From IMG/VR virus record IMGVR_UViG_3300025098_000014: a stretch of DNA of 64,000 nucleotides, one strand, 5' to 3'. The notes beneath the pieces are model-generated. The model was given only the letters and a program-made list of their open reading frames with translations. It did not search any database and was not told where the DNA came from. This document shows positions 16,901-25,682 of the stretch, one piece after another. Numbering within the stretch: the first letter of the stretch is position 1; each line of letters begins with the position of its first letter. The position numbers and the translations under genes were made by a program. The stretch comes from a virus.

Positions 16901-18859
16901 GATACCTGCGCTGACATCCAAGTAAGCAATTTGGACTAGACCATCTCCAGTGGCAGTTCTTTGATTAAACTGTCCAGTCCACCATCGGTAATCAGAGACA
17001 CCATAGTCAACAGTAGAGAACTGATCGAATAGTAAGTCAGTACCGGTACTAGTACTACCATAAGAAATGAGATTACTAGTACCACCATAACCTGCAGTAC
17101 CCTTACCAACACCTTGTCCACAATCGTTTAATAACCACTTCCTCAAATCTTCAGATGTAGCACCGGGGTTTCTCTGTAGGTATAAAGCAATCAGTCCAGT
17201 AACTACAGGAGCAGCAGCAGATGTACCGTTGAAGTTGGCATCGAAATGAGTAGGGTTATCATATCTCTGGAAGTCTGCATAAGTTCCGCTAGGAAGACCA
17301 GCAGCTAGAGTATCCTCGGCAGGTGCATAAATGTCAACACCAGGACCACTGTTAGAATATTGTGCTTTTCTTTCTTTAAAATTAGATTCTACAAAGTCAT
17401 CAAGAGCACCCACATTAATAACAGGATGGTATCCAGTAAACTCATTAAATCCAATACCCTGAGGGTTCATCCAATCTCTATGAGATGTTGGTGTTCTCTG
17501 TCCACCAAACTCAGTCCTTGGATCATTAACACCGAATCTTAAATCCTCAACTCCATTAAGTCTATGAGGATCCGTAAATCCAAGACCAATATACTGGTTG
17601 TTATTACCAGCAGCAGCGACCATAATGACACCGGCTTCCATCATCTCATCGCCAGCAGTATTAGTGGCGTTAGATCTAGATGAAGAAGACCAGGATTTAT
17701 AAGCACCAAGCACTTGATTATTGAAACCAATAATCATATCCTCAACGCCAGATGGATCTCCAGCAGAGAGAGTTGATACATCAATGGTGCTAGAAATACC
17801 AGTAAATTTATATCTTGCAACTCCTGTTGCGTTGACAGCAGCCTGATAACCCCAAGAACCATTAACAACCGTAGGATTTCTTACACCAGTTTGCGTATTT
17901 ACTGGTTTATATAAGTGGAAGAACTTAATGAGATCATAAGATGTCTCAATGTCCATACCAACATTATCAGACACACAAGGCATTGCCCAGATGTTTGACT
18001 TAAATGCCAGACCAAAGTTTTTACCAGCAGCAAGAGATGCAGTTGCAGTACCGTGACCATCGCCTAAGTCGTTGCTACCTGATGTGCCAATACCAATAGC
18101 ACCATTCCTATTGTATCCAGAAGGAATAGAAACTTCAGGAAGAAGAACAAACTCAGAAGATCTAGCGTTGTTATCTTCCCACCATGCTTCTGCTCTGCTG
18201 GTATCAATACCAATAGATCCATCTTCTAATGTAAAAGTAAACCCGTTAACAGCAAAATATCCAGGATCAAGATAATATGGGAAGTCAAGAACGAGATCAA
18301 GCACCCTACTTGTTCCGTCATCGTTCAAGAATTCTGGGTGTGATTGCAGAGTACCAGAGTCTTGAACAACAATATCTACATTTCTACCATCATATAAGAA
18401 CTCAAAGTTACCTTGCTTAGGTGCAATATCACCAACTACACCAGCCCAAAACTCTCCATTGGTTGTAATACCAGAAAGTCTAGGAAGTGCCCAGTTCGTT
18501 CTATTTAATTCTGCAGAGGTTGGATTTGTGGCTGGTGGGCCATTACTATCTAAGTCCCTGTAAATTTTTACATCACCAGAAAATCTGTTGGGCATCACCA
18601 GAGATGGATCTGGAAAGCTTTCTCTATTATCTTTTAGTGAAAGTTCAATCCACTTGACATAAGGATGACGACCAATCTCTTGAGCCTCATCATCCGTTAA
18701 CTCATAAGTACCACGAACCGCACTGATTGAGTGCGAGTCGGTACAAGTTATTTGTCTGTCTGGAATTCCATCTTGGTTTGAGTCAATGGTGAGAGCACCA
18801 TGAATATCATTCCAATGTTCTGCACTGGTAACTGCCAGGGTATATCTTTTAAGAGTCAT
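13910..18859 (-). CDS. Subtilisin-like S8 peptidase fused to virion/fibre-type repeat domains (1649 aa)
   Basis: Catalytic motifs VVQDSG, GHGTATAS, AAGN and NGTSAAAP; C-terminal half has duplicated beta domains and a fibre-tip-like end. Confidence 0.85.
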   Translation of the reverse strand: MTLKRYTLAVTSAEHWNDIHGALTIDSNQDGIPDRQITCTDSHSISAVRGTYELTDDEAQEIGRHPYVKWIELSLKDNRESFPDPSLVMPNRFSGDVKIYRDLDSNGPPATNPTSAELNRTNWALPRLSGITTNGEFWAGVVGDIAPKQGNFEFLYDGRNVDIVVQDSGTLQSHPEFLNDDGTSRVLDLVLDFPYYLDPGYFAVNGFTFTLEDGSIGIDTSRAEAWWEDNNARSSEFVLLPEVSIPSGYNRNGAIGIGTSGSNDLGDGHGTATASLAAGKNFGLAFKSNIWAMPCVSDNVGMDIETSYDLIKFFHLYKPVNTQTGVRNPTVVNGSWGYQAAVNATGVARYKFTGISSTIDVSTLSAGDPSGVEDMIIGFNNQVLGAYKSWSSSSRSNATNTAGDEMMEAGVIMVAAAGNNNQYIGLGFTDPHRLNGVEDLRFGVNDPRTEFGGQRTPTSHRDWMNPQGIGFNEFTGYHPVINVGALDDFVESNFKERKAQYSNSGPGVDIYAPAEDTLAAGLPSGTYADFQRYDNPTHFDANFNGTSAAAPVVTGLIALYLQRNPGATSEDLRKWLLNDCGQGVGKGTAGYGGTSNLISYGSTSTGTDLLFDQFSTVDYGVSDYRWWTGQFNQRTATGDGLVQIAYLDVSAGILTEFGGITEPSVESPVNNDIGISTEGLQLRSSQYVAIGDTTVSGTLKAIEMQLSVASDFSSIVWESTGDNDTNVIQTVDVQLAGFTTHYARVRHLSNDDGTAFTSYTSDYSVGIVSFSTLGNAPGVQAPTITSPISGTTLNQRFGIALVSSAFVSIDSEAVSGTLKAVEFEVAEDSGFTTIVFTSVGDNNTSLSQIIPDGLNSSHTFYVRCRHLSNADGTSGVAHASPFSAVVTFTTPGAALAEVGRLASIKTTLTNGVVEPVQLYESDNLLEVSISVANQNDFRSTFSIGISSTPGFKQSDFITYGIPLERGGTRLIEKVGIKPGDKIFVSSFDPNISFLAFATRKFDKLGPDSALVHGRRRSGTLGFKPPFQINTNLEFFTAQEDSLVTVHATNQNSDSTVGMSVGLSSGGIAEFQESDYLVFGLRLAPLQDVQIDNLALAKGQSLIVRGSRPNLTFVAHSVPQDPGPSGIGTNINVNTTGNITANSFFGDGSGITGVTGVGAGVIIKDNDSPVGTAATINFAQNLTVSPISAGIVTITAADTVSIAQTANSLAAGVSVPKATQADFATVAGIATQATTATSATTADSALTAVTASQLDSAATITSSNDITAPRFIGDGSQLTNIVASGSGVIVQDSGSAVGTAGTVNFNAGLDVSPVSAGIVTVTINEAPRATLAGIASEAIIAGIATYATLAGLASQANNALFANSSSFSTLTGAADTAKNLYTEFEGTFKPLPTTIGTKTADHRYFGIGSDRSINVQGYESPYLRFEVGQTYRFTNAAQQANYPIRFYYAPDGSAVGFGTTTPNQFSDNVTETGTYTEILIDENTPQQLYYGAGVGTQFGNMGNSIQVFNNDFHKVSRVGEFKNLVGLKTATYTQFYEGRATSWYMNSNLGVGNSDYVPGDRSHNVSSILQTATGTYTVNFADAMNDTDYAVIGIASGTNAFPGGIVNLRISDRTVNGYTVRVYNGIPALEDLGELSIMTLGGQDGERTYI

Positions 18860-18932
18860 GCCTCAAAATCTATCGGTGAGCACCTTTTTTATATTTAGGT
18901 ATGGTAGAATATATATTATAAAGAGTCTTACT

Positions 18933-19727
18933 ATGAATATTGTTACTGGAGCAAAAGGTTTCATCGGTAGTCATTTTGCTAAGACCATGAATGATGTACT
19001 TGAAATTGATATTGATAACTGCTTTGATCTTCTGAACAAATTTAATCGTTGGGACGAAGTAGATATGATTATTCATATGGGTGCTCGTTCCTTTACAACA
19101 GATAAGGATGTTGACCTAGTTTATAAGTATAATATTGATTATAGTATAAAATTATTTGAGAAAGCCATTGAGCATGGAATTCCAGTAAAGTATGCATCCT
19201 CAGCATCTACTTATGGAAAATGTGATTCTGGTCCCATCATCAATCCTCTAAATTACTACGCACTATCTAAAGCAACTGTTGATTACTGGGTGCAAGACAA
19301 TATGCACAGATTCTCCCATATCCAGGGGTTTAAGTTCTTTAATGTATACGGTAGCGGTGAGGTTCACAAAGGAGAGCAGGCAAGTCTTGTAAGTAAGTTC
19401 AAGTGGCAATCTGCTACAGGCAAAGTTCACCCCTTTGAAGGATCAAATAAGGTACATAGAGATTATATCTGGGTGGGTGACATTGTAAGTGTTGTTCTCA
19501 CTAATAGTGCAGGCAGTGGCATATACGATCTAGGAACTGGTGCCGCAATTACTATTCAAGAGGTGGCAGATTTAGTCGCACAAAAAACCGAGGCTGTGGT
19601 AGAGGAAGTTCCCTTCCCACCAAACCTCGTTGGTAAGTATCAATATAATACTCAAGCAGATATGAATTGGTTAACTTATAAGTTTAAAACCGTCGCAGAT
19701 TATGTCAATCACCACGATGAATTCTAA
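18933..19727 (+). CDS. hldD: ADP-L-glycero-D-manno-heptose 6-epimerase-like SDR (HldD/RfaD)
   Basis: IVTGAKGFIG, YASSASTYG, PLNYYALSK, FFNVYG..E.HKG.QAS, RDYIWV, KYQ.NTQAD; start moved to ATG 18933. Confidence 0.85.
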   Translation: MNIVTGAKGFIGSHFAKTMNDVLEIDIDNCFDLLNKFNRWDEVDMIIHMGARSFTTDKDVDLVYKYNIDYSIKLFEKAIEHGIPVKYASSASTYGKCDSGPIINPLNYYALSKATVDYWVQDNMHRFSHIQGFKFFNVYGSGEVHKGEQASLVSKFKWQSATGKVHPFEGSNKVHRDYIWVGDIVSVVLTNSAGSGIYDLGTGAAITIQEVADLVAQKTEAVVEEVPFPPNLVGKYQYNTQADMNWLTYKFKTVADYVNHHDEF

Positions 19728-20067
19728 TTGAATCAGAGTCAAAGTGTTGCGTTGAAAACTCAAACAGTTCAGAGTCATCCAACGCAATCATCTGATGCTT
19801 TAGTCCAGTAGGAACATAGAACTTATCTCCAGGCTCTAAGACTGTGAGTTCTGCTTTACTAAGATCGTCATCCCACCCATAATATAATGAGATGAGTCCA
19901 CTCTGTAAGTAGAAGGTCTCATCTTTTATTTCATGGTAATGCCAAGAGCATCTCTTATTCTTTTCAATGAATAAGAGTTTACCACAATACATTTCATTAT
20001 TTACAATCCACTTTTCATGACCCCATCCTTTGGGTACGATTTTAATGTCTGAAGAAGTCTTTGTCAT
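19705..20067 (-). CDS. Cupin (sugar isomerase-like)
   Basis: VPKGWGHE, SWHYH..KDETFY, P.GLKH. Confidence 0.8.
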   Translation of the reverse strand: MTKTSSDIKIVPKGWGHEKWIVNNEMYCGKLLFIEKNKRCSWHYHEIKDETFYLQSGLISLYYGWDDDLSKAELTVLEPGDKFYVPTGLKHQMIALDDSELFEFSTQHFDSDSIRIHRGD

Positions 20068-20368
20068 TGATTCCTTTGTCGTCTATGTAGTAATCAGCTG
20101 AAGGTTTTCCTAAGTATAGATTATGAAACTTACATCCCCATGACTCTATTTGACTCTTAGTAAACTCATAAAACTCTTTCTCAGATAGATCTCTATCATT
20201 ATTATATCTACCCATACCTCTAGCAGTAAGATAGGTAATGATATGACCTTCATCATAGAGTTTATTTATTGTTTGTATGCGATCCCACATGGGTGTTGCA
20301 TGGGTATATCTGTGTTCTCCTTGTCCAGGAAAACAAATAGTACCATCAATATCAACAGTATATCTCAT
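20042..20368 (-). CDS. HAD-family phosphatase (capsule-biosynthesis type; candidate GmhB role)
   Basis: DIDGT, TARG, GKPSADYYIDDK. Confidence 0.8.
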   Translation of the reverse strand: MRYTVDIDGTICFPGQGEHRYTHATPMWDRIQTINKLYDEGHIITYLTARGMGRYNNDRDLSEKEFYEFTKSQIESWGCKFHNLYLGKPSADYYIDDKGINDKDFFRH

Positions 20369-20934
20369 TCAAAAAAAGTGCAAGTAACATTAAAAGAAAT
20401 AGTAATCCTATTATCTTGTGCAGGTTCAGTACAATGATACAAATCAGAAGGAAATACTAGTACGCTACCTTCACTGATATGTTTAGTATCATAAGAAAAG
20501 TTTTGATATGCCGTGTTAGATGTTCCTGCACCAAAAAATATTGTGTTGTTCTCTTCTCCTACATGAAGAAGATATACTCCAGAGAAAGTAGCGTCAGCAT
20601 GAACATGAGGACCATGCGATTCACCTACCTTATAGTTATTATACCAGATATGTTGTAAGTTTATGTCATCTACATCAGGAATGTTAAAAGGTAGAGACTC
20701 TATGCAAGATGCGACTGGATCAAATACAATTTCAGAAAATAAATCATGAAGTTCAAGGTAGTCTCCAAACTTACCAGACTTATCATTGAAATTATCGTAA
20801 CATGATTCAACTGGTCGTTGCGTTATCCAAGGAAGTAATTTTTCTTTGATCTCATCATGACTCTGCAATTTCTTTTTATAAAGAAAAGGACCAGGAAATA
20901 AAACTAGATCAGATGTTGAGGATTCTATCGACAT
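20365..20934 (-). CDS. 2OG-Fe(II) oxygenase
   Basis: WYN......PHVH, FSGVY, FPSDLYH, RITISFN. Confidence 0.85.
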   Translation of the reverse strand: MSIESSTSDLVLFPGPFLYKKKLQSHDEIKEKLLPWITQRPVESCYDNFNDKSGKFGDYLELHDLFSEIVFDPVASCIESLPFNIPDVDDINLQHIWYNNYKVGESHGPHVHADATFSGVYLLHVGEENNTIFFGAGTSNTAYQNFSYDTKHISEGSVLVFPSDLYHCTEPAQDNRITISFNVTCTFFE

Positions 20935-21703
20935 TATCCATTGTTAGAGTGTAAGTACCAGGATTCTGTACTGCAATAGCAGCCGCCTTATTAGCAAAAC
21001 AAATTGCTTCATCCATTGACGGAAGTTGAATATAATAGAAGACTAAAGCTGCGAGGAAAGTATCTCCAGCTCCAGTTACATCAAATGTCCGAACAAGATC
21101 TACACATGGAAACTTTTTTTTATTCCATGCAGCACCATCAGATCCCATAGTAACAATCATATTAGCAGAGTTAGGAATATGATCTGGATCTAAACCTTCA
21201 AACTCTTTCTTGTTAATTTTGTAGATGACATTATTATACTCAGTAGGTAAGACAGTTTTTTTCGTATCCACAAATATCTTAGTATTAGGATACCTACCAG
21301 CAATGTCACTGATTGTTTTTGCGTCGGGAATATATCCTTTGTCATAGTCCGAAATAACAATAGCATCATATGTTTCATGCAATAAAGCCATCTGCAATTC
21401 AGATGGATGTAAGGGTCTTACATCGGGTTCATTATCTACTCGGACAATCTGTTGGTTAGATCTACTATCAATGTATCTCGTCTTAGTGAGAGGTTCCTTA
21501 TTAGTAAGAAAGGTTACATTAATACCAAGAGACTCTAGATTGGCATGAACATTAGCAGCCATGCCAGGTGCCTGTTCTTTTTCGCTTTGGATCAATATAG
21601 GAACTGGTGCCTCTGGGCTTAGTCTATTGCATGGACCATAGACCCATTCATCAGTACAACTATCCCCGATCAATAATACTTTGTATGGTCTTGCTAGTTG
21701 CAT
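20909..21703 (-). CDS. PfkB-family sugar kinase, HldE/RfaE heptose-7-phosphate kinase-like
   Basis: IGDSC.D....G...RLSPEAPVP, ISDYDKG, DVTGAGDTF. Confidence 0.88.
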   Translation of the reverse strand: MQLARPYKVLLIGDSCTDEWVYGPCNRLSPEAPVPILIQSEKEQAPGMAANVHANLESLGINVTFLTNKEPLTKTRYIDSRSNQQIVRVDNEPDVRPLHPSELQMALLHETYDAIVISDYDKGYIPDAKTISDIAGRYPNTKIFVDTKKTVLPTEYNNVIYKINKKEFEGLDPDHIPNSANMIVTMGSDGAAWNKKKFPCVDLVRTFDVTGAGDTFLAALVFYYIQLPSMDEAICFANKAAAIAVQNPGTYTLTMDNVDRILNI

Positions 21704-22064
21704 AATCTTCTAACCTAGGGAAAAAATGTAATTCAGTAGCGTACATAGATCCAATGACTGACTTTCCTTCCCAGTCAGACCCCACTACCATTATATCAGG
21801 TGCAGTAACAGCTATGCACTTTTCTAGTTCCTCATCAGAACCAAATAGAACTACATGATCTACAGTCTTAAGACTTTGTAGCATGTATGCTCTATCTTCG
21901 GCGTTATTTATTGGGCGAGAAGGACCTTTCTTTTCCCTTACCCGCTCATCACTATCAATACCAACAACTACCACATCACCCATAGATTTTGCATACTCTA
22001 AGAGTTGCAAATGTCCAGAGTGAAGGATATCGAAGGTTCCATTTACAAAAACTTTTTTAGTCAT
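21660..22064 (-). CDS. Nucleotidyltransferase, HldE/RfaE domain II-like
   Basis: NGTFDILHSGH (HxGH), GIDSD..V...KG..RP. Confidence 0.88.
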   Translation of the reverse strand: MTKKVFVNGTFDILHSGHLQLLEYAKSMGDVVVVGIDSDERVREKKGPSRPINNAEDRAYMLQSLKTVDHVVLFGSDEELEKCIAVTAPDIMVVGSDWEGKSVIGSMYATELHFFPRLEDYATSKTIQSIIDRG

Positions 22065-23850
22065 TAGATACCTTGATCATCTTACCATGTTCAGGAAGAT
22101 AAAGATACTCGATGTCAGAGTTAGCAAGAGTACGACAAGCGTCGTCCAGGGTCTCCACCAAAGGTTCTCCACCAAGATTAAAAGAGGTATTAAACAAAAT
22201 CGGACAACCCGTAGCATCATAGAAGGCTTTGATGAGGTCATAGTAGTTCTTATTCTGTTCTTCAGTAACAGTTTGAATACGACATGTTCCATCAACATGA
22301 ATAATAGCTGGAATTTTTTCTTCGATACCAGGTTGACACTTAACGGCATACATCATGAAAGGAGTATCTTCCATCCCACGCAAATCAAACCATTCGTCTG
22401 CATGTTCAGCAAGAATAGATCCAGCAAAGGGACGGAAGTACTCACGATTCTTCACTAAATTAACAAAATCTTTTCCATCAGGATCACGAGGATCATACAT
22501 GATAGATCTATTACCCAATGCACGAGGACCTGCTTCTGATTTTCCTTGGAAAAGAGAAACAATATTCTCATTAGAGATCAAATCAATAACATCTTTATTC
22601 TCAGCGTCAGTTACCGTACCACTATACTTATCAGCAATGTCAATGATCTGTTCAATAGTATAGTTATAGTCTGGACCATAATATAAATCAGTAATTCTAG
22701 GAGGAACTGCTGGTTCTTCATCCTTTAAAGATTGATAATACACTAACAATGCAGCCCCAATAGCAGTTCCACCATCATTACTGACAGGTTCAACAAAGAG
22801 ATTGATACCATCATCTTTCAACTTATCAAGATACCAATAATTTGCTACACAATTCAATCCATATCCACCAGAAAGAACAACATTCTTTTTACCACTTACC
22901 TCTACAGCCTTATAGATTAATTTAAGAACTGCTTCTTGAGTTTCAGTTTGTACTGCATATGCAAGGTCTCTACGATTCTTAAGTTTAGTTAGATCGTCAG
23001 AATCATGATTATTTAAGAAAGGATATTCTTGAACATTGACATGCCCAGCATTAGGATAAGTAGGAATAATAACATTCCTATCTACTGTTCCACTCTTCTT
23101 AAATAAAGTAGGAACCTCATCATTAGGTTCTCCATATGGGAATAATCCCATAGTTTTACCAGCCTCAATAGCATGCCAACCACAATACTGTGTCGCAGCT
23201 TCATATGCTTTTACAATACCTGCAGTTTCATCAAGAGTGTATGTGAAAGATCCAGTCTCACCAGGATAAGCCATTGCTGCTTCCATTTCAGCAACATAGT
23301 TTGTGGTACAAGGTCCACGAGATCCAAGATGTTTATATAAGGTATTAATCTCACTTGGGAACTTACAATCAAAAATAGTTTCAGTTTCCCATACAGTTTC
23401 AGTCTGCCCCATTACATCAAACTGAATGAAGGTTCCAGCTCCATCAACTACTAGGGCAGCTGCTTCTTCAAATCCAGACCGATAAAAAGCAGCAGCAGCG
23501 TGAAGTTTATGATGAACATTACCAACATCAACAACCTGAGGATGCCTCTTTTCTGGATCTGGTTCGACATCTTTAATCAAACCCAGTTTTCTTGCCATCC
23601 CAACATAAATTGGTTCATTACTATACTCAAGATGACCACAATCTCTTTCCATCAATTGAGTATGACCAACAACAAGAAAATCAAGCTTATCGGTATACTT
23701 TTTTATCTCCAATAGTGAAGCAATAGGTCCACCATCATATTTACGGCGAGATAATCTCTCTTCTTCAACAGCAAAAACAATCTCACCATCCTTTAGAAGA
23801 CATACTCCAGCGTTGTGTCCGCGAGTAATACCAGCAATCCACTGAGTCAT
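22057..23850 (-). CDS. Carbamoyltransferase (NodU/CmcH/TobZ family)
   Basis: EEERLSRRK, HHKLHA, VVDGAG, GKTMGL, SGG..LNC.AN, GPRALGNRS, RE.FRPFA, HVDGTCRIQTV, NTSFN. Confidence 0.95.
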   Translation of the reverse strand: MTQWIAGITRGHNAGVCLLKDGEIVFAVEEERLSRRKYDGGPIASLLEIKKYTDKLDFLVVGHTQLMERDCGHLEYSNEPIYVGMARKLGLIKDVEPDPEKRHPQVVDVGNVHHKLHAAAAFYRSGFEEAAALVVDGAGTFIQFDVMGQTETVWETETIFDCKFPSEINTLYKHLGSRGPCTTNYVAEMEAAMAYPGETGSFTYTLDETAGIVKAYEAATQYCGWHAIEAGKTMGLFPYGEPNDEVPTLFKKSGTVDRNVIIPTYPNAGHVNVQEYPFLNNHDSDDLTKLKNRRDLAYAVQTETQEAVLKLIYKAVEVSGKKNVVLSGGYGLNCVANYWYLDKLKDDGINLFVEPVSNDGGTAIGAALLVYYQSLKDEEPAVPPRITDLYYGPDYNYTIEQIIDIADKYSGTVTDAENKDVIDLISNENIVSLFQGKSEAGPRALGNRSIMYDPRDPDGKDFVNLVKNREYFRPFAGSILAEHADEWFDLRGMEDTPFMMYAVKCQPGIEEKIPAIIHVDGTCRIQTVTEEQNKNYYDLIKAFYDATGCPILFNTSFNLGGEPLVETLDDACRTLANSDIEYLYLPEHGKMIKVSND

Positions 23851-24827
23851 TTACCAAATCCTTTTGTAGGGGTTTCTGTTGTCTCTTTTTTCTTTACAGG
23901 TTTTCCAAGTCTATCTCTACAAGACTTTAACACACTTGCAATATCATCTTCTGACATTGCCATACACTCATCATTCTGCATATCCGCATAGTCTTCCATT
24001 GTCAATCTAATAGGAGAGAATGTTCTTTTATCTTCTCCCAAATCAATTATATCAAATTGATTATCATTTGGATAGCTAATATTAATAGGATATGTTGATC
24101 CAATCACTGCTGTTACACTAGTATCAGTTGCAGCTGCAATGTGTTGACCAACAGAATCGCAACCTAAGAAATGATCTGCCCTATTAATAATAGATGTCCA
24201 GATACGGACATCGGGAATTTGAGGTAGAATAAATGGGTACTTAGATTCTCCCTCCTCTGTCTGAAATGGGAACTCAGACATTATAATTACACAATAATCT
24301 TTCTTGAGATCATTAACTATCTTACTGATATCTCCAAGACTGAAACTTCTAGATGTTGGGTCAAAAATATATCCACCCTCATCCATTACACCTCTACCAA
24401 AAGGTTGAATTACAACAACTTTTTCTTTACCAGTAACTTTAATTGCTTCATCGACTAGCTGAAGACCTTGAATACCCTCATGCTTTGCTAGTTTAATTGT
24501 AGGTTTAGGAAGATCCCTAGGTTCTTCTGTACCATTAATTTCCATATCAAATGCTTGAGCAATACTACATTTTTGATTGTAGTAATGCCAACGACGATAT
24601 GGTTCAGGTGTAACACAATCTCTGTCTTTGATCTTATCTTCAAAAAGATCTTTATGCCAGTTGTCGTATGCGTATTTGTGAAGGACTGGATGGGACTTAT
24701 AGAAATTCATCCCACCTTCACACACAATGATAAAATCATCATGTGTCTCTGCATATTTTTCAAAGGCAGGGATGGAGGTGATAACTCTACCAGCTCCTCC
24801 ATTAATGAAGAATGCTTTTGATCTCAT
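23847..24827 (-). CDS. GT9-like (heptosyltransferase-type) GT-B glycosyltransferase
   Basis: GGAGRVI..IP N-terminus, VVIQPFG, and ADHFLGCDSVGQHIAAA (compare the GT9 DSGPxH motif). Confidence 0.7.
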   Translation of the reverse strand: MRSKAFFINGGAGRVITSIPAFEKYAETHDDFIIVCEGGMNFYKSHPVLHKYAYDNWHKDLFEDKIKDRDCVTPEPYRRWHYYNQKCSIAQAFDMEINGTEEPRDLPKPTIKLAKHEGIQGLQLVDEAIKVTGKEKVVVIQPFGRGVMDEGGYIFDPTSRSFSLGDISKIVNDLKKDYCVIIMSEFPFQTEEGESKYPFILPQIPDVRIWTSIINRADHFLGCDSVGQHIAAATDTSVTAVIGSTYPINISYPNDNQFDIIDLGEDKRTFSPIRLTMEDYADMQNDECMAMSEDDIASVLKSCRDRLGKPVKKKETTETPTKGFGK

Positions 24828-24853
24828 ACTAATTTGGTCAACAAAGTATATAG

Positions 24854-25591
24854 TTATAAAAAGAAAACCTGATTCACTCGATCATGTTCGGTGAACATCC
24901 CATGATCAATGTTCTGCGAGTGCATCACATCAGCTTCATAAAAGATACATCTATTATACACCATTTCAGCCTCATATTCAACTCTCCACTCCCTATCACC
25001 ATACAACCACTTTCTAATGTATGGAAAACACTGTTCAGGTCTTGTAACCTCATCATCAAATCCCTCGGGTTTGTCAATATATTCTATTACCTTATATGGA
25101 AGAGACATCTGCCCTTTATACGAATATAAATTTGTACCACCTTGGCATTCTTCTGGAGTATTCAAATAGATCACCACTCCAAACTGATTAAAGTCTGTGG
25201 TAATGTCATTCATATAAGCATCTTGATGGGGAATACTACACCAAGGTGCATGAAATACACTATGATAATTCAAAATATTGCACATGAATCCAACAGCATC
25301 CCATTGAAATTCATACATTTTTTGGTGAATATGCTTGCTCCACAAAGAATTGTCTAAGCAATACTTATCAAAGAATGGTTTGAGTTTATCTTTTACTTCT
25401 GATGTTTCTTGGAATACTCTCTGTCCAGGAAGACCCTTGATTAAATTCTTATCATCTTTCTTTTCAGATCTTAATGCAAGTTCTCTTACTTCATCTGGAT
25501 TTTTATAAAAATTATCAACAGTTATAATCGTTCTATTTTGTGGTCCTACTCTCTTAATACTAACATCAAGATTTTCATTTAGTTCAAACAT
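24854..25591 (-). CDS. DUF6445-like 2OG-Fe(II) oxygenase
   Basis: VDNFYKNPDEVR, PHQD, IYLN.....GGT, YNR.I.Y....H, R.NQ.FF. Confidence 0.75.
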   Translation of the reverse strand: MFELNENLDVSIKRVGPQNRTIITVDNFYKNPDEVRELALRSEKKDDKNLIKGLPGQRVFQETSEVKDKLKPFFDKYCLDNSLWSKHIHQKMYEFQWDAVGFMCNILNYHSVFHAPWCSIPHQDAYMNDITTDFNQFGVVIYLNTPEECQGGTNLYSYKGQMSLPYKVIEYIDKPEGFDDEVTRPEQCFPYIRKWLYGDREWRVEYEAEMVYNRCIFYEADVMHSQNIDHGMFTEHDRVNQVFFL

Positions 25592-25610
25592 TTTATAAAA
25601 TCCTAAAAAT

Positions 25611-25665
25611 CAAAAAAAATTCCGGGGAAAATTTCCCCGAAATTATGGAATTAAAAAGTCAATTT
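25611..25665 (-). terminator. Intrinsic terminator (repeat element copy 2)
   Basis: TTCGGGGAAATTTTCCCCGGAA followed by T8. Confidence 0.7.
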
Positions 25666-25682
25666 CGTTTCAGGATCAATTA

